A stretch of DNA of 64,000 bases from Mytilus trossulus (lineage: Eukaryota), in contig NC_086374.1 in the NCBI RefSeq assembly GCF_036588685.1, positions 60,884,001 through 60,948,000 of the forward strand, read 5' to 3'. Shown here in pieces: positions 1 through 12,045 of this stretch. How positions within the stretch are numbered: position 1 is the stretch's first letter; every line of letters begins with the position of its first letter. The position numbers and the translations under genes were made by a program. Under the pieces are notes generated by a model. The model did no database searches. It saw only the letters and a program-made list of their open reading frames with translations, and had not been told where the DNA came from.

Positions 1-337
1 AAAGAGATTATATTTCACCATTATTACTATTGGAAATCAAATCTTTGGACGATTCTCTTTCCAGAAATATACACATGCATAGCTCAAATACGGTATTAAG
101 CCTTATTTATTAGGAAGGAAGGGAAAGAGGAAAGAGGGTGTTTAAAAATTAGGAGTGTCAATTCTATTTTTTTCCTATATATCTGTGACTTGACACCCAC
201 CCTAGTGCATAATTTTCTCGCTGCGTTGGGTTGTTTCTTCTATTTGGTCGAGCTTCTGTTTCTTTGACATTTCCATTCTCAATTTAATCAAGGATTTACT
301 ATACTCACTGAAGATTTTTTTAAAGACTGTACAGTTA

Positions 338-683
338 GTTTAACCATATTTATTTATAGTGGATTGGGAAACAAGTTTTGCAACTAAAATTCATCCCTTT
401 CCACTTTGCGGGTGCGAGTGCTGACTTGTAGCGGCATTATGCTACTCTTTTTCGAAATCTACAAGGGTGTCTTTAACGTGCAAGAGATATGGCTCTCTCT
501 TAACACCGGTCAGCCATTTATCGTCCCCTTCCGACGGACTAACATCGTTTCCTCAAGACCATACTCGCAAATGGTGTCAAGGGAGAGCCGAAAATTGAGT
601 TCCTGAAATTTTCATCCCGAACGGGAATCAAACCAGTAACCTTTGTGCTAGTAGTCCGATGCACTAACCACTACACCACGGCT
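338..683 (-). mobile_element. Full-length tRNA-derived SINE with Deu/Nin-like central domain
   Basis: The minus strand begins AGCCGTGGTGTAGTGGTTAGTGCATCGGAC (A-box) and contains GGTTTGATTCC (B-box-like). It is flanked by an exact 11-bp TSD, CTGTACAGTTA (327-337 and 684-694). The body GTCCGTCGGAAGGGGACGATAAATGGC...GCACGTTAAAGACACCC recurs at ~23505, ~44184 and ~58982. The Deu/Nin assignment is from recalled resemblance only. Confidence 0.85.
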
Positions 684-2134
684 CTGTACAGTTACATATA
701 ATTATGCTGTTAATGTCACTCCTTTGCGGAAGCAACGTTAAGTAAGAGATGGTCAGCAAATTTTAATGTGATTCTTGTAAATAACAGTTAAGATCAGTTA
801 ACAGAGAAAATAATGTCAAAAACAGTGAACACTTTAAGTATAACAAGAATCTCAATTTCAAATAAACAGTTAACATCATTGCAAATTTTAACAAAACAGA
901 TTACAGACAGTGGGTCGAAAACAGTTAACAGTTTTTAAAATTTATCAGTCAAATAACAGTTTAAAAAAAAATAAACCTTGAAAAAGACAAAATCAGTTTA
1001 ATATAAAAAGGACCCCCCACCTGAGATATTTGAACATAATACTTTATTTTCTTTGAAAGGACGCGGTAAATAACTATTCTAAAATTAGCAAGTTGCCATA
1101 CAGTTGAAAACAAGTTGCCATACAGTAAATTTGTCAACACAAGCAAGTAGCCGTACCCTAGACTTTATTTTTTATGGTCTATATTCTTTAAAATACATCT
1201 TTTTGACAACCAATTTCAGTAAGTATGATGCCACACTACAATAATCTAAAATCGTGTCTGGAAAAATAATGAAAAACAGTTCAATATCTTGAGAACGGGG
1301 CTACAGAGGACGATAGACCTCGAAATTTTCCGGTACTAAGTGGCAAGTTTTGGAGTATTACACAAAATGTTGTATTTATTTTGTACTTATCGGCCTAATA
1401 ATTTAAAGAATTATATATCAGAAAATCAGTTCTTAAGCGGCACCCTCATCAAATGAGTGGAAATGCTTTAAATTGAATGAATTCTTAACTTGTTTATTTT
1501 TTTTTTCTGTTTCTCACCGCTTCGTTAGTACCCAATTTCCGGTGGCGATGATACACAGTGATTCTCTTATATTTAATGCGTTTTCTTCGGTTTTGGTTTG
1601 TGAACCGGATTTGTTTTTTTTCTATCGATTTATCAGTTTGAACATCTGTATACTACTGTTGCCTTTATGTATACCCTAAAGTGGGTTCAAAGAGACACAT
1701 GTTTTTCAACTTTTTTCCTTTCTAACTGCAACCATTTCAGTATCTGCCAAAATATCTATTTTGAAATAAAAAATCAGCCAAAATTATTGAATACTTTAAA
1801 TTTCTTGCCAAAGAATTTGAAATTTAACACCAAAAAAAAAACCTATACAGTATTACCCTAGATGCTGCTTAAACCAACTGTTTCAAATTCTTTAAGTTGT
1901 ATGCTCTGTATTTAGTCAAGTGGTCCATACTTTTTGACATACCATGTTTTTTAGACACATTATTTTAACTAGATTCAAATTCCGCAATAATCATGATGCT
2001 GAACACAAGAGAGAAGTCAAGTTATGAAAATAGCTAACTTGATCCTGTAGGCATGATCATTGATGGGTCCATTGAGATAGGAATGGTTCTGTAATGTTAT
2101 GCATGCATAAATGAATTCAAAAATAATGACATAC

Positions 2135-2245
2135 CTCACATTTAAACCTTGGTTTATGTTTTGACCCTGTCTGTCCAAACTCATAACACGGTGTGACCTT
2201 TCTTTTCCCACACCAAGCATATAAAAATTGTTTAACATCACCCAT
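2135..2245 (-). CDS. DHX9: DHX9 / RNA helicase A (maleless) orthologue, first coding exon (start of dsRBD1); gene continues beyond the left edge
   Basis: Acceptor TTGTAG|ATG at 2245 and donor GAG|GTATGT at 2134. The 111 nt translate to MGDVKQFLYAWCGKRKVTPCYEFGQTGSKHKPRFKCE, which closely matches the vertebrate DHX9 N-terminus (MGDVKNFLYAWCGKRK.TP.YE...G.K...F.CE). This exon is not in the ORF track. Confidence 0.92.
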
Positions 2246-2725
2246 CTACAATAAGTAAAAAATCATAGATATTTCAAAAATACTTCTGTTCATCATAATT
2301 GTTATTTATAATTGTATTTCTTAGGTTAAATTATTAGATTATGAATATTATAAAGCATATACCAATCTCTATCCAGCGCTCGCTTCTAAAATTCCATATA
2401 CTCAGTACACTACAATACAATAAATCATAAATAATGTAGTGATACGAAGTAACTATGAAACAAATGTGAGATCTGCTCTGGAGATTGATTGTATACATGT
2501 AAATTGTTTGTTCACACCAGCATTTGACTCAAATAGACAGCCATGGATATCCATCAAGCTGAGTCTTTGACAGAACTTTACCCATTGTTCTCCTGTAAGT
2601 CTTCATTTCATCAACATAATGTTAATATTAAAGAATTGTCAAACCTGTGCATCTAGAAAAATATTAGATGCTGGCTGGATCTGGACCATATAAAATATAA
2701 ATGCATTTTAAGTTTCAGAATACTA

Positions 2726-3786
2726 AACAAGAGGCTCTCAAGAGCCTGAATTGCTCACCTTAATTTTTTTGGTTAAATCTCAAATCAATGATTATTTTGG
2801 CTTTTCAATTTATTTAAATATTCTTTGAATCGTCCTATTTTCTTCAAAAGCAAAAAAAATAAATCATTTTCTCCTATTGCATGTCCTTTGTTTCTTAGAT
2901 AATAACCAAAAACTGCAAAATTTCTTTAAAATAATCAATTCAGGGGCATTATACCTGAAAAACCAGTTACCCAATTCGGCTGAAAATTTCAGGACAGGTT
3001 GACCTTGACCTAATAAATACTTTAACTTCTTGTCTTATTTGCTCTAAATGCTGGAGTTTTTGAGATATAAGCCAAAAACTGCATTTTACCCTGTGTTCTA
3101 TTTTTAGCCATGACGGCCATGTTTTTTGACGAAATAGAAAAAAAATTACAAACTTTATTTTATACACCCTACTGATCATTCAGTTGAAGTTTGGTTGAAT
3201 TTGGTTGAGTAGTTTTAGAGGAGAAGATTTTTTAAAGTTAGCAAATATGATGAACAAATTGTGAAAAATTGTCATTAAAGGACAATAACCCCTTAAGGGG
3301 TCAATTGACAATTTTGGTCATATTAACCTATTTGTAGATCTTACTTTGCTTATCATTTTTGCTGTTTACAGTTTATCTTTATCTATAATAATATTCAAGA
3401 TAATGACCAAAAAACTGCAAAATTTCCTTAAAATTACCAATTGGTTGTTTGATTCATCTGAAAATTTCAGGGCTGATAGATCTTGACCTAATGAACATTT
3501 TTACCCCCATGTCATATTTGCTCTAAATGCTTTCGTTTTTGAGATATAAGCCCAAAACTGCATTTGACCCCTATGTTCTATTTTTAGCAATGGCGACCAT
3601 GTTTGTTGATAGATCAAAACTTCGGATACAATTTATAAACTAGATACCCTAAGGAACATTCAGATAAAGTTTGGAAGTATTTGGCCTAGTAGTTTCAGAG
3701 GAGAAGATTCTTCGAATAGTTTACGACAACAGACGCCAAGTGATGGCATAAGCTCACTTGGCCCTTTGGGCCAGGTGAGCTAAAAA
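2726..3786 (-). mobile_element. Non-autonomous Helentron/HINE-like element
   Basis: One end is the hairpin AGCTCACTTGGCCC-TTT-GGGCCAGGTGAGCT followed by an A-run (3751-3786). The other end is AACAAGAGGCTCTCAAGAGCC (palindrome) plus a subterminal GCTCACCT complementary to AGGTGAGC. There is an internal ~500-bp diverged duplication (AAAACTGCAAAATTTC at ~2907 and ~3412) and no clear TSD. Confidence 0.7.
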
Positions 3787-4024
3787 CTTTAACTGGATTT
3801 AGCTTTTCATTTTTTTTCATTCCTGCAGAAAATGCAAAAATTAACTAATTTGGGAAAGAGGTTTGAGAAACCCCTTTCATTAATCATATTAATGACATTA
3901 TCATAATATGATAAATCTTATCAGTTGCATTGAATGGACAATACATTATTATGTAACATATTAATTGCAAATATGATTTAAACTGTGTTACTGATTAGAC
4001 TGAATCAAATTAATTTAAACTTAA

Positions 4025-4308
4025 GGTGGTACCTAACACTTTCACTAAAATTTATTTGGCTTGTTTAATTTTCATAAAATTTTGTCAATGTATTTACTTT
4101 GACCCTTTAACAAAAATATAAAAATGTCAAAAATTTTGAACCAACTGTTTTGTCAGAAAAATTACACTGGTTATATAGCAGTTTGACAAACACCAATTTT
4201 GATCATTGAGAAGCTTAATATTCCTTTTACAACACAACGCAACCTCATTAAAACATTTACCTAATTTTACAGAGTTATTTCCCTGTAGTGTTACATGTAG
4301 GTACCACC
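4025..4308. mobile_element. MITE with GGTGGTACCT termini (Kolobok-like, TTAA-type site)
   Basis: ttaa|GGTGGTACCTAACACT ... AGTGTTA(catgta)GGTACCACC|ttat, i.e. inverted termini. Confidence 0.6.
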
Positions 4309-5218
4309 TTATAGCAAGTGTTTGGTTGGGTTATTTTTTGCTATCCTTAATACAGACTGAATGAAAATATTCATCAAAAAATTTAAATCCAAGTACATTT
4401 TTAATTTTTTGAAATCCAAACTTCATAATTTTTTGTATATTTAGTGTCATAAAACTTTCCTGGATGCTTCTGTTGGTCTGTACTCATTGTCAAGGGTAGA
4501 ATTTGTAGTGTAAATAAGACTTTATTTTTAAGTTCCATTTGATTAACCTTAATTTAAAGCATTTATAATTATACACCATTTCTGGAGTCAAGTCCTCCAT
4601 GGGAAAAGATCATCAATTTTGCATGCCTTTATGATGTTATTTACCAGAAAGAAGCTTTAAGGCATGCCTGTATCCCTGTGCTATTAACATGATTAAAGTT
4701 TCAAGCACTTCACGGTCATAATTCTGCAGGGTAGACCGTAGTATAGAAATAATTCATGTTTCATAAGTGCGTATTCTTAATTTCCTTACAACTGAAGAGA
4801 TGGTGACCTACTTAATAGAATTAATTTCTAAAATATTTTGTGCAGTTCAACTTCAAGATACAAATGTTTTACCTCATTACATTTACATACATGTATACAT
4901 TGTACCTAATCTCTCAAGTTCTCAACATCATTACATGAGTTGGAAATGACAATGCCTACACTAAGTCTCATGGTGATGGAAGTAACATGACAGATTCAAC
5001 TAACTACTGGGCTATTGTCTGACATGTTGAGGATGGAAGAACAGACAGACAATGATATACCATAATATGTCTCGTGAACAGGGTAATAAAAAGTGATTGT
5101 TGTATGACCTCAGATGGCCATTTGTCAGCAATAACTGGACATCACAAAAATTTTAAGTCCTAATACAAACCATCTGATGCCCAAATGGAAAAGTGATTGT
5201 TGTATGACTGTTCACGTC

Positions 5219-5478
5219 AATACACCTTATCACTATTTGTCCGCCATTACTGGATATCACACAGGTTTCTGTAAAATTTTGACGTCATAAAACAAAATAT
5301 CTAAAGCCACAATGGAAAAGTGATTGTTGTATGCGTCAAAAGGTCAAGCAGCCGGTTCAGCCAGCCGAGAAGGCTAATAGCGATAAGGTGTATTGTTTTT
5401 AAAAGCTCAATTCGTGACTTAGCGTGGCAGATACTCAGGCCAACCGTCACAGATTTTCAAATAGCGATAAGGTGTATT
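5219..5478. mobile_element. Small inverted-repeat element (AATACACCTTATC...GATAAGGTGTATT) with a duplicated right end
   Basis: AATACACCTTATCACTAT at 5219, with near-complement ATAGCGATAAGGTGTATT at ~5377 and ~5461. The motif AAAAGTGATTGTTGTATG occurs three times between 5088 and 5333. Confidence 0.45.
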
Positions 5479-5939
5479 CAGTTATTAGATTAATTAAGCA
5501 GGTTTGTTACATTTCATGAGTTTACTATCCATACAAACCACCAAATGACTTTTTTCAGAGTTCCTGTGGATAGTAGATGCGTCACATAAAATTTGTAACA
5601 AACCCCAGCGATTGGCAGTTACCTTTGTAAGGTTAGAAAACATACATATGCTAAAGTTTTATATAAAGAAATTTGCTTAACTATGATATGCATGAATATT
5701 TCGAATTTACTTAAGTTTTTAAATTATGGGGTCGAATAATTTGCAAGTAAAAATGAAGTAGGGAAACCACTTTCTCTTGCAAACGTATCTGCGTACAACT
5801 GTTTGTAACAGTCACCCTCCTTGGAATTTATATGTACAAAAACTCTGCTGCTAAATACCACATATTCAAATAATTTCAAATGACCTTAGAATGCCTTCAT
5901 TAGCTGTAAAGCGGTTTCATTTAGCAGAGCACTTACTCT

Positions 5940-6040
5940 TGTTTACGGGGACGTCTACTCTTTCAGCAGATCTACCTTATTTCGACCCGAATTCCTTTCG
6001 CCACTATGCGATCACAATCGTCGACCCAAATCAGCTCTTT
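5940..6040 (-). promoter_or_regulatory. Candidate non-coding exon 1 / promoter region of DHX9
   Basis: The DHX9 ATG directly follows a splice acceptor, so an upstream non-coding exon is expected. This is a locally CpG-rich patch with a minus-strand donor AAG|GTAGAT at 5975. The position is an inference. Confidence 0.35.
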
Positions 6041-6234
6041 GAATTCATTTGGATATTATAAGTGCTCAACAACAACAAAATGATAATAATAATAATAATA
6101 ATAATAATAACTAGAAAAAAATATTCCTTATTATTTAAAAGAGGCATGTACCTTGAACAAAATCTTGATACCTGAAAAAAATAAATCAGTGATTTTTTTT
6201 CTCAATCAAACGTTTTTTAACAGAAATATTTAAC

Positions 6235-6420
6235 TGGTGACCCTGTGTTGGTAAAACTTGTGTCCTCCACGAGTTCTACTGTCGACACCTTTAAGGTAGG
6301 TACTCTTGTTGATGTCTATCAGCTCATTCTGCATACGATAGAGCATGCATAACCTGTTGTCACGGCGTCTTGTCTGTAATGACGCAGACTGATCAATGCG
6401 ATATTCGAGTTGTAACTTTG
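6235..6420 (-). mobile_element. 3' fragment of a non-LTR retrotransposon (LINE) ORF2, copy 1
   Basis: Translates SLQTRRRDNRLCMLYRMQNELIDINK...DSRTRGGHKFYQ, typical of the post-RT C-terminus of LINE ORF2. A paralogous copy lies at ~14036-14240. Confidence 0.6.
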
Positions 6421-6796
6421 TGCAATTACTGTCCCACTTGTGAATGGAAAAGTCAGGGATACCATTTACGCAAAAAAAAAAAGAAACAGAAATTGCGCCA
6501 ATATTCGGAACTCATTACCGCCAATTTACCTGTGGGCTAATATATCAAACAAATTAATGATTAATAAATAATTATTCTTATTTTTGGCTTATTAAGTAGA
6601 AGTCTCATTCGTGAAATTATTGTTACTCTTGTGCATATCATGACACTGGCAAACCCACAACAGTTAGAGTGGTAAATAATACGAATGACTCAACTTAAGA
6701 CCAACTAGACAGTCCATGCATGTACAGATTGAGAACGAAAAGAACTGTACTCTACCCAACCCAACTTTCCTGATGAAGGTAATTTTTGTTTGCTAT

Positions 6797-8205
6797 TACG
6801 GGGCGCCGAATGGGACTCTTGTGGTTTTGTACTCAAAATTCAATTTTGTACGGACAAAAGTGACTTTTGTTCAACAAAAATGAGTTCAGTTTAACAAAAT
6901 TTGTATCATACTACAAATTTGAAATTTTGTCATACAAAATTATCTAGCAGCGGACAAAAGTCACTTTTGTCATGACAAAATTCATTTTTGTTACACAGAC
7001 TTGACTTTTGTTACCTAATTTGAAAATTGAGCGACAAAAGTCAATTTTGTATTTAAATTAGTTTAGTTTGGTTTCTGTGAACTAATTTGCATACAAAATC
7101 GACTTTTGTTACACAAAATTGACTTTTGTTACACAAAAATTACTTTTGTTACACAAAATTGACTTTTGTTACACAAAATTGACCTTTGTTACACAAAATT
7201 GACTTTTGTTACACAAAATTGACTTTTGTTACACAAAATTGACTTTTGTGAGACAAAATTGACTTTTGTTACACAAAATTGACTTTTGTGAGACAAAATT
7301 GTCAAAATTGAATTTTGTCTCAACAAAATTAACAAAATTGAATTTTGTCTCAACAAAATTGATTTTTGTCTCACGAAAGTCAATTTTGTCTCACGAAAGT
7401 CAATTTTGTCTCATAAAAGTCAATTTTGTTGTTACAAAATTGAATTTTGTCATCACAAAAATGAATTTTGTCGTCACAAAATTGACTTTTGTTTCAACAA
7501 AATTGACAAAATTGACTTTTGTCTCAACAAAATTGAAAAAATGACTTTTGTCTCAACAAAATTAACAAAATTGACTTTTGTCTCAACAAAATTTACAAAA
7601 TTGACTTTTGTCTCAACAAAATTAACAAAATTGACTTTTGTCTCAACAAAAATGACAAATTTGAATTTTGTCTCAACAAAAATGACAAAATTGAATTTTG
7701 TCTCAACAAAAATGACAAAATTGAATTTTGTCTCACAAAAGTCAATTTTGTCTCACAAAAGTCAATTTTGTCTCACAAAAGTCAATTTTGTCTCACAAAA
7801 GTCAATTTTGTCTCACAAAAGTCAATTTTGTCTCACAAAAGTTAATTTTGTTTCACAAAAGTCAATTTTGTCTCACAAAATTGAATCTTACCGTACACAA
7901 TTGACTTTTGTGATTTAATTTCCATATCAGGTAACAAAAGTCAATTTTGTATGCAAATATGTTTATATTTGCATACCTTTAAGACAAAATTGACTTTTGT
8001 CATGACAAATATGAATTTTGTCTACAAAAATGAATTTTGTCATGACAAAAATGAATTTTGTCTACACAAATGAATTTTGTCATCCCAAAATTGAAGTTCT
8101 CACAAAACAAGTCTGTAGCACATAGTTTTGTAAGACAAAAATGATTTTGTTATGACAGAATTGAATTTTGTACAAAACCACAAGAGTCCCATTTGGCGCC
8201 CCGTA
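6797..8205. mobile_element. Non-autonomous foldback-type TIR DNA transposon (1409 bp) with an internal 20-31-bp satellite
   Basis: 36-bp TIRs TACGGGGCGCC(G/A)AATGGGACTCTTGTGGTTTTGTAC with one mismatch. 5-bp TSD GCTAT (6792-6796 and 8206-8210). The empty site TTTGTTTGCTATGGTG is visible at ~14613-14628 in the duplicate. The interior is made of ACAAAATTGACTTTTGT units in both orientations. Confidence 0.93.
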
Positions 8206-9082
8206 GCTATGGTGTTATCAATTTGTCGTTGGCTAATGAGTTTGAATATTTTTTTGGAATTTTCAACTTTTCTCTTCTCAACCCGGAATAACTTTCATTA
8301 GATGCAATCGAGATCAAAAGTTTTGGAAGACAACTTGTATGAGACGAAAATGAATGATTTCTAGTCATATACCTTTAAGGTTAATGGTCACTTCGAGTAC
8401 GGACAGTCCACAAACATTGAAACCAATCCAAAAAAGTTATTATTGTCATATGATAGCAATTTCATTTCGGACGACTCGTGTTTCTTCAACAAAAAAGAGG
8501 GTCGAAAGATACCAGAGGGACATTCACACTCATAGATGGAAAATAAACTGACAACGCCATGGCTAAAATAGGGGAAAAAACAAACAATCAGACAGACAGA
8601 CAAACAACAATACACCAGACACAACAAAAAAACGTAATGAATAAGCAATGAAATCAAAATCTTGAGGTGATCTCCGATGCTTCGGAAGGGCAAATAAAGA
8701 CAACAGTAGTATACCACTGTTCGAAATTCATCAATCGATTGAGAAAAAAACCAAATCCGGGTTACAAACTAAAACTGAGGGAAACACATCAAATATAAGG
8801 GGAGAACTACGATTTAACATGCAGAAACACAACATTTACATGTAACACACACAGAAACGAACTATAATATAACAATGTCCATTTTCCTGACTTAGTACAG
8901 GACGTTTTAAGAAAAAAAAATGGTGGGTTGAACCTGTTTTTTTTTGCATGCCAAACCTCCCGCTTTTATGGCAATGTTAAATATAACATTAAAATGACAA
9001 CATACAAATAAATAGGAGAACATATAGGACAGAGAAACACGCGAATGATAGCTTACAAAGAGTACCAGGTATAAAATGTAAT

Positions 9083-11765
9083 ACGCCAGACGCGCGTTTC
9101 GTCCCCACAAGACTAACCAGTGACGCACATAAGAAAATAGTTCGAATGTCAAAACAAGTACAATAAACTCATCATAGATACCAGGACTAAATTTTTTATA
9201 TACGGCAGACGCGCGTTTCGTCTACAAAAGACTCATCAGTGACGCTCGAATACAAAAAAGTTAAAAAGGCCAAATAAAGTACGAAGTTGAAGAGCATTGA
9301 GGACCAAAATTACTAAAAGTTTTGCCAAATACAGCCAAGGTAATCTATGCCTGAGGTAGAAAAGCCTTAGTATTATAAAAATTAAAAATTTTGTAAACAG
9401 GTAATTTATAAATATTACCATATCAATGATAATTCATGTCAGTACAAAGTGCTGACTACTAGTCTGGTGGTACCCTCGGGGGAATAAATTTCCACCAGCA
9501 GTGGCATCGACCAAGTGGTTGTAAATAAACTCATCATAGATACCAGGACTTCATTTTGTAAATACGCCAGACGCGCGTTCCGTCTATGAAAGACTCATCA
9601 GTGACGCTCGAATCCAAAACAGGTTAAAAGGCCAAATAAAGTACGAAGTTGAAGAGCATTGAGGACCAAAATTACTAAAAGATTTGCCAAATACAGCTAA
9701 GGTAATCTTTGTCTGAGGTAGAAAAGCCTTAGTATTTCAAAAATTTAAAATATGGCAAACAGGTAATTTATAAATATTACCATATCAATGATAATCCATG
9801 TCAGCACAAAGTGCAAAGTTGAAGAGCATTGAGGACCAAAAGTTCCAAAAAGTTGTGCCTAATACTGCCAGGGTTTTCTGCCTTGGATATAACATCCTTA
9901 TTATTTAGAACAATTCATACGTTTGCCAACTGAAAAATGCCTCTATTATAGTACATGATAAAACCGAAGTGGTGACTAACTACAGAATAAAACCAGCACA
10001 TACAAAAGGGTAATCAGTTCCTGTCCCTCGTGTGGCACCCAGCGCGCAATCCTCTATCAAGGAAATCATCTCTTTTGTCGAAATTTTTTATTTCCAACCG
10101 ACCCCATTGATAATTTCGAGATTTAATCCAAGATATGAGGCAGACTTAACTGTGTCTGTTGTATCCTTTATCGCTAGTTCGAATGGATAGATGCGTTCAA
10201 CATAGTCACAATATTTTGAATAATTTAGCGAGAGAACATTATCTTTACAACGGAAAGTAAAGTTAAAGGACATTGTTGACTTCTTTTCTTTCTTCCGATG
10301 ACGTTCTTGTATGAAGTCAGCATCATACGAATAAAGGAACAATTCGACAAGAAGAGGGGCACAGTTGTTTCCCATGGGAATACCGATAGTATGTTGAAAA
10401 AGTTATCCAAACGTAACAAATATGTTGTCAATCAAGATATCAAGCATCTTGATAATGTCAGTTTCAGAGATTTTTTTTGTTTGATTCAGAGTGATTTTTT
10501 TTACAAAGAAGAAAGTATCCCTCACAAAGACAAGAAACTTGCATCTACGTTGGCTTTTCTTTTTTATGAAACAAAGCAATACGTACTCTTTCAATTTGTA
10601 TTTTAGCTTGGAAAAGGAAATACTTGTGTAAAGTTTAGAAAAGTCAACTATTTCAATATTAATGGAAGATGAGTCTTGGATCGATGTAATGTAATTGATG
10701 CTTGGAATTTTTTAGTATCCACATCTGATTCACATCACCTCTAGAATAGGCAGCTTTAAAATAACTTTGAAGCATTGCTTTGATTGCTGATAAATGCGAT
10801 GTAAATAATTAAGAAAGAGGTTTCGTGGAGAACTTGGGAGACACAGCAATATACCGTTGTTTGTAAGGGCACTTATGTAATTTAGGTATCCAATACAATG
10901 ATTGAAGATTATTTTCTTAATCTTTGGTTGTATTTCCAAGGGAACATAGAAAAGAATAAAGAAAATATTATCCAGGATTTCTTCTTCAGTAATTGTCGTG
11001 TGGATATATGTTGAGTTTCTAAGTGAATTGCGGGAACAACAACATATTTGCCATGGAGGTAGGACAAGTATTTGCAACATTTGGGTATTTAAAGATTGAA
11101 ATAACGTGGGTATTGATAGACCTATCCAGTTGCTTAATTCTGGTTTGCATCAACGACCTCACAGTCTTAATTCATATGGAAAAAAGCATCACGTCTTATT
11201 TCTAGTGTTTAACCAATCGCCTGGAATAATCCCTGACTTACTCCATCAGTATTTCAAAGTTGTGTTTCTAATTGACGGATTTAAGCTCACGATATTTTGG
11301 ATCTATGGATTACACATTTCGCAGGGTTATTGACAATGTCGAGGTCACCAATAATAACGTGACCAGCCGGATTTTATATGAGAGGGAATCTAGCACAGCT
11401 GCAATCAGGAGTTTTAGACTTGAATTCGTCAATATTGATATCCTGCAAAACCTGCTTGTAGTTGAAAATCTTAGTTGCAATTGGTTTGGTATTGGTATAA
11501 GACGGATCTTTAAAATAGGGAGATATTTGTGTTTGAACTAATTTATGATGAAGGATATTGCCCAATTTGACGGCAGCGAGGCCTTTGTTGGCAAAGGAAA
11601 GTTTAAAAAAGGATCTCTTTCTCTTTTTCATCTTTTCCAATGCGAACTGGTTTGAAAAGTCTGTAACTTGGAATATCCAAAATGATAGCTGTAAATTTGT
11701 ATTGGTTAGAATGAGGGTTTGTAACAGTGGTTTCCAATATAAATCGAACAGAGAATGAACTTTAA
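9083..11765 (-). mobile_element. Decayed Penelope-like element (RT remnant plus hammerhead-bearing terminal repeats), copy 1
   Basis: Frameshifted ORF pieces: FFKLSFANKGL...LGNILHHK; IPMGNNCAPLLVELFLYSYDADFIQ...FRCKDNVLSLN (decayed YIDD); ...SASYLGL...FDKRDDF. These are PLE-type RT motifs. The 362-bp tandem repeats with HHR motifs follow at the 3' end. No GIY-YIG domain was recognised. Confidence 0.85.
9201..9247 (-). ncRNA. Minimal type-I hammerhead ribozyme (core intact)
   Basis: Minus strand GAGCGTCA-CTGATGA-GTCT TTTGT AGAC-GAAA-C GCGC G-TC^TGCCGTA: CUGAUGA and GAAA cores, 4-bp stem II, palindromic stem-III loop, GUC cleavage triplet. Flanking copies at 9083-9128 (core CTGGTTA) and 9563-9609 (GGAA instead of GAAA) are mutated. 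Confidence 0.85.
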
Positions 11766-12045
11766 CAACATTTACCAGATTCTCTCAAGATTGATGTTTT
11801 TTATGTCGTAAACTTACCGACGACATTGTTCTTTATCATTCGTTGCTTTGATGTGATGGAAACCAGAATTTACTCGCAGAAGTTTCTATCCACTCGAAAA
11901 ACATATACAGTTTAAAATTCAGTTTAAACAAGTTTATGATAAATAAAGATGCAATTTCTTAACGGAAAATATAAAACTAATACATACAAAATGGAAAGTA
12001 AATTGTTATATGACTATTGTTTCTTATAATTCTATTAAATACAAT

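Noticed and set aside
615-683. tRNA gene
   Set aside because: It is the head of a TSD-flanked SINE with other copies in the window, and it lacks a proper acceptor stem.
7189-7918. ORFs with TKLTFVS / SQKSIL repeats
   Set aside because: These are translations of the satellite inside the TIR element, open in several frames and on both strands.
8388-9421. Hydrophobic ORFs repeated at 14779-15847 and 38404-38781
   Set aside because: They lie in dispersed non-coding repeats and the hammerhead repeat units, with no splice or homology support.
10088-11758. Active reverse transcriptase or host gene
   Set aside because: Multiple frameshifts and stops, the catalytic YIDD has decayed to CKDN, and the same lesions are present in both copies.
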